32,000 bases of DNA, taken from Dubosiella newyorkensis (GTDB lineage: Bacteria > Bacillota_I > Bacilli_A > Erysipelotrichales > Erysipelotrichaceae). A program made the translations under genes and the position numbers. Of this stretch, positions 25,997 to 32,000 are shown piece by piece (positions within the stretch are counted from its first letter, which is position 1; each line of letters opens with the position of its first letter). The stretch lies in contig NZ_MPKA01000021.1 of the NCBI RefSeq assembly GCF_001945605.1, forward strand, positions 30,001 through 62,000, written 5' to 3'. The notes under the pieces were generated by a model. The model was given only the letters and a program-made list of their open reading frames with translations. It was not told where the DNA came from and did no database searches.

Positions 25997-27298
25997 ATGA
26001 AAAATTTGGATCGCTTTACCGAACCTTTGATCGAATTCGGTGCGAAACTTAACAACTTTAAACCTTTAGAGATTCTTCGCGACGCCTTCATGCTTGCGTT
26101 CCCGCTTACGATTTTTGGTTCGATCACGTTGATCATCGCCAATTTCCCATTCTTATCTCAATTGATCGGAGAAACGAATGCCGCAACATTGAATACGATG
26201 CTTGGGCCTGCTTCGACAGCAACGATGAGTATCGCAGCCGTCTTCCTATGCATGGGTATTGGGTATTATTATTCAAAATCAAAAGATTGTGATCCAATTT
26301 TTGGAGCCGCGATCGCACTTGCAGCCTTCTTGCTTGTCACTCCAATGTTCATGAATGTAGATTTGGAAAGCGGTGAGCAGCTTCTTGTCAGCAACGTCTT
26401 CAATATCGACCGCTTAGGTGCAAGAGGAATGTTCGTCGCTATGATCGGTTCTTATCTTGCCGCCTTCATGTATTGCTGGGTTACAGAGAAAAACTGGACG
26501 ATCAAGATGCCTAGTTCCGTACCTCCTGCTGTTTCGAAATCATTCTCTGCATTGATTCCTGCTGTATTGACATTGACTGTCTTCTTATTGATCCGCATTG
26601 GTTTTGAATTCACGCCTTGGGGCAACGTGCATGATTTTATTTACCAAGTCGTTCAAGCGCCATTGACAAATTTGGGAAAAGGTCTTGGTGCTACGATCTT
26701 AGCGATCTTATGTATCCAGCTTTTATGGTTCTTTGGTTTGCATGGACAAATCATCGTCAACTCTGTGCTCGATCCAATCTGGAACACATTGACACTTCAA
26801 AACTTGGAAGCTTTCCAAGCAGGAACTCCAATTCCGAACATCGTAACAAAGCAATTCATCGAAATCTTCACTGTAGGTATTGGTGGTTCTGGTATGACAT
26901 TGGCTGTCGTGATCATCTTGATGTTCTTCTGTAAGTCGCAACAATTGAAACAAATTGGTCGCTTAGCAGCGCCTGCTGGCATCTTCAACGTCAACGAACC
27001 CGTCATCTTTGGTATGCCGATCGTAATGAATCCTATGATCTTCATCCCGTGGATCGTAGCGCCAGTCATCAACGTGATCATCGTTTACTTCGCAATGTCT
27101 TCAGGACTTGTACCATATACAACAGGAATCACCGTTCCTTGGACGACGCCGATCTTCTTGTCTGGATGTCTAGCGACAAACTCTGTAATGGGTGGAGTGA
27201 TCCAGCTAGTCGAACTCGTTGTGGTCGGAATTTGCTGGTTCCCATTCTTGAAGGCTTTGGATCGTCAAAACGTCAAATTAGAAGAAGAAGCAGAATAA
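25997..27298 (+). CDS. PTS lactose/cellobiose-family EIIC permease (orphan: no EIIA/EIIB nearby)
   Basis: Start moved to the ATG at 25997 (AAGGAGA 6 nt upstream), giving 433 aa. MKNLDRFTEPLIEFGAKL..LEILRDAFMLAFPLTIFGS and FGLHGQIIVNSVLDPIW..NEPVIFGMPIVMNP blocks are typical of CelB/LicC-type EIIC. Confidence 0.85.
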   Translation: MKNLDRFTEPLIEFGAKLNNFKPLEILRDAFMLAFPLTIFGSITLIIANFPFLSQLIGETNAATLNTMLGPASTATMSIAAVFLCMGIGYYYSKSKDCDPIFGAAIALAAFLLVTPMFMNVDLESGEQLLVSNVFNIDRLGARGMFVAMIGSYLAAFMYCWVTEKNWTIKMPSSVPPAVSKSFSALIPAVLTLTVFLLIRIGFEFTPWGNVHDFIYQVVQAPLTNLGKGLGATILAILCIQLLWFFGLHGQIIVNSVLDPIWNTLTLQNLEAFQAGTPIPNIVTKQFIEIFTVGIGGSGMTLAVVIILMFFCKSQQLKQIGRLAAPAGIFNVNEPVIFGMPIVMNPMIFIPWIVAPVINVIIVYFAMSSGLVPYTTGITVPWTTPIFLSGCLATNSVMGGVIQLVELVVVGICWFPFLKALDRQNVKLEEEAE

Positions 27299-27299
27299 A

Positions 27300-28205
27300 A
27301 TGACCTCAGTTGTTTGCTTTGATATCGGAGGAACCGCAATTAAATATGGCTTGATCCAAGATGGAACGATCATCGATCAAGGAAAATTTGCAACAGACTT
27401 AACGAATGGATCGCTCATGTTGAGCCGCATGGGCGATATCATTCAAGACTACAAAAAAGCTCATGAGCTAGATGGGATTTCCATCAGCTCCCCAGGCTTT
27501 GTAGATAATCGATCCGGCATGATCATTTCGGGAAACATCATTGACGGATTCAACGGACTCAATATCCGGGATTACTTTCAAAAACATTACCAATTAGATA
27601 CAGCTATCGAAAACGATGCCAACTCGGCTACGATCGCCGAACACGCTTTAGGCAACGGAAAAGGCTATGAGAACATGGTTTGCATGACGTTGGGTACAGG
27701 TGTTGGCGGTGGTATCATCATCAACAATAAGCTTTATACCGGAAACGCGAAAATGGCTGGAGAATTTGGTTTCATGTTCATCAACGGCATTCAAACGGAT
27801 CGCCCAGAAGATGAGATCCTTTCTGGCTACGCGTCGACAAGAGCGCTTGTCGAATCCGTGAATAAAGAACTCGAAGAAGAGATCGACGGGATCGAGGTTT
27901 TTGATCGCGCCAATCGTGGAGATGCTTTGTGCAAGCAAAAAACTTCCGATTTCTTCGATGCGATCGCGATGGGCATCTACAACATTGCCTATACGATCAA
28001 TCCTGATATCGTTTTGATCGGTGGAGCTGTTTCCATGCAGCCTCAGCTCATCGATGAAGTTAAAAAGCGGATCGAATACTTAACACCATCTTTTTCTCTC
28101 AACTTACTGGATATTATGAAGATCGATCGCTGCAAATTCTTAAACGATGCAGGACTCTATGGAGCCTATGCCAACTTTATAGAGTCAAGAAAAGTCGAAG
28201 CGTAG
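27300..28205 (+). CDS. ROK-family sugar kinase
   Basis: 301 aa. N-terminal ATP motif VCFDIGGTAIKYG. ROK signature CMTLGTGVGGGIIINNKLYTGNAKMAGEFG. The ATG lies 1 nt after the EIIC TAA stop. Confidence 0.85.
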   Translation: MTSVVCFDIGGTAIKYGLIQDGTIIDQGKFATDLTNGSLMLSRMGDIIQDYKKAHELDGISISSPGFVDNRSGMIISGNIIDGFNGLNIRDYFQKHYQLDTAIENDANSATIAEHALGNGKGYENMVCMTLGTGVGGGIIINNKLYTGNAKMAGEFGFMFINGIQTDRPEDEILSGYASTRALVESVNKELEEEIDGIEVFDRANRGDALCKQKTSDFFDAIAMGIYNIAYTINPDIVLIGGAVSMQPQLIDEVKKRIEYLTPSFSLNLLDIMKIDRCKFLNDAGLYGAYANFIESRKVEA

Positions 28206-28223
28206 TCTTCGGCTTTTTTTTTT
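28194..28223 (+). terminator. Rho-independent terminator of the EIIC-ROK operon
   Basis: GTCGAAGCGTAGTCTTCGGC hairpin (7 bp including one G.U pair) followed by T10; it overlaps the TAG stop. Confidence 0.75.
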
Positions 28224-28269
28224 GCGAATAGATATGTTACGATAATCAAAATTCTGCCGCCGGGTAGTG

Positions 28270-28317
28270 CTCACGTTTGTCATAAGGCCTTTGAAGACAA
28301 ACGGGAGTGTTTTTTTT
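28270..28317 (+). terminator. Second terminator-like hairpin immediately upstream of the PNPOx-gene RBS (possible attenuator)
   Basis: CTCACGTTTGTC..14-nt loop..GACAAACGGGAG followed by TGTTTTTTTT, then TAGGAGG and the ATG at 28331. Confidence 0.5.
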
Positions 28318-28330
28318 AGGAGGAAATAAA

Positions 28331-28810
28331 ATGTATCATTCAATGCGCCGTTCAAGGCAACAGCTTTCTGAACAAGAGACGATCAAGATCTTAGAAAACG
28401 CAACTTCAGGCGTGCTTGCTCTTTTCGATGCGGATGATTATACGTATGCCCTTCCCATCAGCTATGTGTACCATGGAAACGAGATCTATTTTCACAGCGC
28501 CTCTTCTGGACATAAGATCGAAGCGATCAAATATCATCAAAAAGTGTCTTTTTGCGTAGTTGCGCAAGACAAGATCGTTCCGGAAAAATTTACGACCTTT
28601 TTTAAAAGCGCGATTGTCTTTGGAACAATCGAGATCATCGAAGATGAAGCAGAAAAAAGAAAAGCGATCGAATGTCTTTCTAAAAAATATTCTCCCCATG
28701 AAACCGAGGAAAGAACTCAACAAGAGATCGATCGGTTTTGGAAGCAGCTGACGATGCTAAAGCTCAATATTGAAAAGATAAGCGGGAAACAATCGATCGA
28801 GCTTGTTTGA
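28331..28810 (+). CDS. Pyridoxamine 5'-phosphate oxidase-family (FMN-binding split-barrel, Nim-like) protein
   Basis: Start at the ATG at 28331 (AGGAGG SD), giving 159 aa. MRRSRQQLSEQETIKILENATSGVLAL...YALPISYVY.GNEIYFHSA..GHKIEAI is the typical N-terminus of PNPOx/NimA-like proteins. Confidence 0.75.
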   Translation: MYHSMRRSRQQLSEQETIKILENATSGVLALFDADDYTYALPISYVYHGNEIYFHSASSGHKIEAIKYHQKVSFCVVAQDKIVPEKFTTFFKSAIVFGTIEIIEDEAEKRKAIECLSKKYSPHETEERTQQEIDRFWKQLTMLKLNIEKISGKQSIELV

Positions 28811-29377
28811 ATGATGTTAAAAAACAACACTTGGATCTTAGGATATGGCTTTGTTTTCAATCCATTGATCAATCTTCCCGTCTTCTTTTGGATCGATGTT
28901 TCTTATGAGAATTTAAGCTATATTGGAACGACCCTTCATCATCCGCTCTACCTTGTGCTTTGGGCCATCTCAAGCGTATTCGGATTGTATTTCTTTTCAA
29001 CCGCTATTTGGAGCGCGTATTCGATTCCGTATCGTCGATGGCTCCACGCCCTATTTTGTATCGGCATGATCCTTTCCTGTCTCATTCCCTATTCAGCCGA
29101 TATGCCAGGTTGGATCAACGATCTGCATGTGTGGATCGCGATCGTTTGTGTGTCGGGATTTATCTTTTCTTGGCTTAAAACGATCCTATATTCTTGGCTT
29201 CCCTCTTCGTTTTGGATCCTTTATAAAGCGTTGCTCATTATCTTCGCGCTAGGATTTCTAGCGATCTGTTTTGCGGGATCGATCAATGGTTTGAGCGAAA
29301 TCATTTTCTCGATTGGCGTCAACGCGATCTTGAGCCTTACCCTCTTCAATTTAAGCAAGAAGGATAAAAAAAAATGA
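28811..29377 (+). CDS. Polytopic membrane protein of unknown function
   Basis: 188 aa with 5-6 hydrophobic helices and a Lys-rich C-terminus. The ATG abuts the upstream TGA (TGAATGATG). No family recognised. Confidence 0.55.
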   Translation: MMLKNNTWILGYGFVFNPLINLPVFFWIDVSYENLSYIGTTLHHPLYLVLWAISSVFGLYFFSTAIWSAYSIPYRRWLHALFCIGMILSCLIPYSADMPGWINDLHVWIAIVCVSGFIFSWLKTILYSWLPSSFWILYKALLIIFALGFLAICFAGSINGLSEIIFSIGVNAILSLTLFNLSKKDKKK

Positions 29378-29386
29378 TCGAACTTT

Positions 29387-30850
29387 TTAAGCTGGATCAT
29401 TTTTTAATACCACTCGTTTTGTAGCGATATTTTGACAAAAGAGCGCATCGTGCTCCACAAATAATAGCGTATACTGACTTTCTTGAAGCATTTGTTCGAT
29501 TTGCACCCGACTCTGCAGATCTAGATCGTTCAAAGGTTCATCCCAAATATACAAATGGGCTTCTTCGCAAAGGCTTCGCGCAAGCATGATCTTTCGTTTT
29601 TGACCATTGGATAATTCAAGAAGTGGGTGAGCGAGCTCTTCACGGGAAAAGCCGAGTTTTCTAAGCAACGTCATGATTTTTGTTCGATCGATCGCATATT
29701 GCTCGATATAGTTTCGCAAAGAGCCTTTGACTTCCTCGAGACTTTGGGCAACATACGAGATTTTGAGTCCGCTAGCAAGATCCAATTCGCCTGTATATTC
29801 CACTTGTCCTAGGATTGCTTTGAGCATGCTGCTTTTGCCGCTCCCGTTTGGACCTGCCAGCAAGACGTGTTCTCCTTGCTCGATCGAAAAGCTGACTTTA
29901 TTCGTTTGCCAACCATCATAAAGAACACTTACATTCAAGAAGCTGATGAGTTTTGCTCGCTTATATGGGATCGTTTTAATTTGTAGCTGTTCAAGCTTGA
30001 TATCGCTTTTGAGAAGCTTTTGTTTTTGAGCGATCGCTTTTTCTTTACGTGCTTCGATCGTCTTGGAGCGTTTCATGAGCTTGACTGCTTTATGTCCGAT
30101 AAATCCTTTATCGGCTGCTCCGATCTTTTCTTTTTCTTTAGAATGGGACCATTCGCTATTTAGGCGTGCGGATGAGGAGAGTCGTTTGATTTCTTTCTGT
30201 AGACGGATGTTTTCAGCTCGATCACGTGCAAGCTTATGTTCGTGATCGATTTGCCAAGCTGAATAATTCCCTTGTCGAACCGTAATTCCATGATCGATCA
30301 CGACTAAATGATCGATACAGGCATCCAACAGCACTCGATCATGACTGACAAGCAAGAAACCTTCCTTCGAGCTTAGATATTGGGCGAGGAGCTTCTTTCC
30401 TTCAAGATCTAAATGGTTGCTCGGTTCATCTAACAAGATATACGCTCCTTCTTTCAAAAACATAGCACCTAGCATGCTTCGCATCCTCTCCCCATACGAA
30501 AGAGTCTCAAAGGGATGCCAAAGAATATCGTTTCTAAGATGGAGCTTCGCGCATTCTTTTTCGATCTGCCATGCTTGAGCACCAGAAATTTCTTCTAAAA
30601 GTTCGATCGTCAATAAAGCTGGGTCTATTCTCTGACAAGGAAAGATTTCTGCAGATACAGGTTGAATCAATGTTCCACTTCCTTCAAGTTCTCGAGCAAG
30701 GATCTTCAAAAGTGTCGTCTTTCCGCAGCCATTGGCGCCGATCATGCCGCATTTCCATCGGGTATCCAAGGAAAATGAGATATGATCCAGTATGGGATCA
30801 TCAATCGATTCATATTGAAAGGTATATTTATTGAATGTGATCATCGCCAT
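29387..30850 (-). CDS. lsa: Lsa-type ABC-F ribosomal protection protein (two ABC domains, no TMD)
   Basis: Start at the ATG at 30850 (GGAGGTG SD), giving 487 aa. The 28-codon extension in the ORF track runs through a terminator hairpin. It is collinear with Lsa(A) as I recall it: LDTRWKCGMIGANGCGKTT, WQIEKECAKLHLRNDILWHPFETLSYGE, a basic interdomain linker, and LYIWDEPLNDLD. Confidence 0.85.
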   Translation of the reverse strand: MAMITFNKYTFQYESIDDPILDHISFSLDTRWKCGMIGANGCGKTTLLKILARELEGSGTLIQPVSAEIFPCQRIDPALLTIELLEEISGAQAWQIEKECAKLHLRNDILWHPFETLSYGERMRSMLGAMFLKEGAYILLDEPSNHLDLEGKKLLAQYLSSKEGFLLVSHDRVLLDACIDHLVVIDHGITVRQGNYSAWQIDHEHKLARDRAENIRLQKEIKRLSSSARLNSEWSHSKEKEKIGAADKGFIGHKAVKLMKRSKTIEARKEKAIAQKQKLLKSDIKLEQLQIKTIPYKRAKLISFLNVSVLYDGWQTNKVSFSIEQGEHVLLAGPNGSGKSSMLKAILGQVEYTGELDLASGLKISYVAQSLEEVKGSLRNYIEQYAIDRTKIMTLLRKLGFSREELAHPLLELSNGQKRKIMLARSLCEEAHLYIWDEPLNDLDLQSRVQIEQMLQESQYTLLFVEHDALFCQNIATKRVVLKNDPA

Positions 30851-30862
30851 CGTTTTCACCTC

Positions 30863-30899
30863 CAAATAAAAAGACCGCAAAGAAAACTTCCGCGGTCTT
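30863..30899 (-). terminator. Attenuator terminator in the ABC-F leader
   Basis: Minus-strand AAGACCGC-GGAAGTTTTCTTT-GCGGTCTT hairpin followed by TTTATTT, directly abutting the GGAGGTG SD of the ABC-F gene. Confidence 0.65.
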
Positions 30900-30981
30900 G
30901 ATTGATTTGGCGTTGATAAAAATGGACCGATCAATTGGTCCCGTGTTTAAACATGATTAAAAGATGGAAGTTTTCTGTTTT

Positions 30982-31014
30982 CTAGTCGTTTGTATAAACA
31001 GAAACATTCAACAT
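30982..31014 (-). CDS. Putative 10-codon leader peptide (MLNVSVYTND) of the ABC-F attenuator
   Basis: ATG preceded by AGAGGTGA, 5 nt upstream. Codons 4-7 form one arm of a 9-bp hairpin. Such uORFs are the established sensor in ARE ABC-F leaders. Confidence 0.4.
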   Translation of the reverse strand: MLNVSVYTND

Positions 31015-31035
31015 CTTCTCACCTCTTTCTCGAAT

Positions 31036-31064
31036 ATTATATGCTTCTGCTTTCAAAAAGACAA
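31036..31064 (-). promoter_or_regulatory. Sigma-A type promoter of the ABC-F leader
   Basis: Minus strand reads TTGTCT (31059-31064), a 17-nt spacer, then TATAAT (31036-31041), about 20 nt upstream of the uORF. Confidence 0.5.
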
Positions 31065-31175
31065 GTTTTCACAAAATTCCTTTAAAACAGCCACTTTTTC
31101 CAGTTGCTTGTTTTTAGTTTCATGCCTTGTTAAGATGAAGATGCCAAAAGAAAAGGTATTAAAAATTGGTTTAAA

Positions 31176-31242
31176 CATAGAGAAGATCTATGCGGGATCA
31201 AAAAGCGTTCTAGCAAATTGGACACAAAAGTCGTTAAAATGA
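31176..31242 (+). repeat. Direct repeat copy 1 (conserved flanks, variable core)
   Basis: CATAGAGAAGATCTATGCGGGATC..21 nt..GACACAAAAGTCGTTAAAATGA. The 5' end forms a CATAGA/TCTATG hairpin. Confidence 0.6.
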
Positions 31243-31367
31243 GCAAAATAGACTCGAAGAAATTGAGAATAAGATGAGGGAAAGCTCTCTCGTTACAACA
31301 AATCAAAAGAAATCAATCGATTCGAGCGATCAGTCAATAGCTAGACGAAAGAGATACGATCCTAAAG

Positions 31368-31435
31368 CATAGAGAATCTATGTCGGATCGAATGCATCTC
31401 GTCAAGCTTTCGCGACACAGAAGTCGTTAAAATGA
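31368..31435 (+). repeat. Direct repeat copy 2
   Basis: CATAGAGAATCTATGTCGGATC..24 nt..GACACAGAAGTCGTTAAAATGA, starting 192 nt after copy 1. Confidence 0.6.
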
Positions 31436-31644
31436 AATGTCAACAACGGTCAAATAAAACATGGTTATGGCAGCAAGCGGAAATGAACGGTCAAACCTAG
31501 ATCGATCATCACAAGCGAAAACATCTGAAAGGAAAGATGGACGCAGGACCGAGCGAAAAGAATAAGTCCAAATCATAATGAATAGGAAGCATAGAACCAC
31601 TCGATATGTGGTCAAATAGATAGACGAATTCATTCATCCAAAAC

Positions 31645-31672
31645 ATAAAAAGAGTCCGAAAGGACTCTTTTC
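31645..31672 (-). terminator. Rho-independent terminator after the TPR-like gene (bidirectional hairpin)
   Basis: AAAAGAGTCCGAAAGGACTCTTTT: a 7-bp stem with a GAAA loop, flanked by an A-run on one side and a T-run on the other. Confidence 0.75.
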
Positions 31673-31675
31673 ATA

Positions 31676-32000
31676 TTATTCGACATCTAAATTGAGATTG
31701 TTGATCTTTGTAAGATACGATTCTGCTTTTTTGACAAAATACATCGTATTGCCAAGCTGAACCACTTTTTCAAAATACATCTTTGCGATGTTGTAGTCTT
31801 CCTGTACAAAGCTGATCAAAGCGATATAGTAAGATGCGTCCACTTGCTGAAACGGAAATGGCGAATGCTTCAAAGAAGCGAGATAATACTTTTTGCATTC
31901 ATTGAAATCGCCATTCATCAATCGGATCTTGTTTTCGATCGAAGCGATCTCTTCAGAACGGATCATCACGCCCGTTGGGCCAAAATTCATGCGAACTTTG
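31676..32000 (-). CDS. TPR-like helical-repeat protein, probably 5'-truncated by the window edge
   Basis: 104-aa ORF from the ATG at 31990, but the frame stays open to position 32000. YYIALISFVQEDYNIAKMYFEKVVQLG looks like a TPR-type helix pair. Confidence 0.45.
   Translation of the reverse strand, partial: KVRMNFGPTGVMIRSEEIASIENKIRLMNGDFNECKKYYLASLKHSPFPFQQVDASYYIALISFVQEDYNIAKMYFEKVVQLGNTMYFVKKAESYLTKINNLNLDVE

Noticed and set aside
30851-30934. 28-codon N-terminal extension of the ABC-F ORF
   Set aside because: The extension runs through the terminator hairpin and the SD. The ATG at 30850 gives the N-terminus expected for Lsa-type proteins.
30964-31242. 92-aa plus-strand ORF, and the 68-aa minus-strand ORF at 31427-31633
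   Set aside because: Neither has an SD. Both are low-complexity and span the ABC-F promoter/leader or the repeat region. Only the last ~20 codons of the 92-aa ORF coincide with the repeat noted in findings.
31176-31625. Possible CRISPR array
   Set aside because: There are only two clear copies plus one weak one. The repeats are imperfect, about 68 nt long with variable cores, and spaced 190-220 nt apart. No cas genes are present, so this is not CRISPR-like.

Overview
Chromosomal window from a low-GC Gram-positive bacterium (Firmicutes; the lineage is not determinable from sequence alone). It holds about 30 credible protein genes, nearly all on the minus strand except a plus-strand block at 25.9-29.4 kb. 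I found no tRNA, rRNA, CRISPR array, transposase or integrase. 1-10.9 kb is housekeeping: a GPH sugar symporter with a perfect cre box in its leader, a Na/Pi cotransporter, a FemAB-family transferase, gpmI, a PPi-dependent phosphofructokinase, and a polar amino-acid ABC transporter behind a lysine (L-box) riboswitch. 10.9-16.1 kb holds a DUF2752 plus Zn-ribbon/GYF/DUF4234 membrane pair, a 662-aa beta-helix/MucBP surface protein, and a PP2C phosphatase translationally coupled to a hexapeptide-repeat transferase. The core of interest is 16.2-25.7 kb, an 11-gene co-oriented operon with overlapping genes that reads as a stripped-down type VIIb-like secretion locus. In order it encodes an FHA protein, a membrane protein in the EssB position that keeps kinase catalytic-loop motifs, a 475-aa beta-rich protein with no TM segment, and a short (1059 aa) EssC-like ATPase with one FHA domain and one P-loop. 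These are followed by a YukD/EsaB-like protein, two 96-aa WXG100-type proteins, a small helical ORF overlapping a 270-aa Gly/Ala/Ser-rich beta protein (candidate cargo), DUF4176 and a lipoprotein. No EsaA or EssA is present. The intact pThr-binding triads in both FHA domains and the adjacent PP2C suggest a phospho-regulated T7SS variant; this is a hypothesis. 25.9-32 kb holds an orphan PTS EIIC plus ROK kinase, a PNPOx-family protein, a membrane protein, an Lsa-type ABC-F gene with a uORF/terminator attenuator, a 570-bp ORF-poor region with a diverged direct repeat, and a partial TPR-like gene. GATC is strongly over-represented across the whole window.
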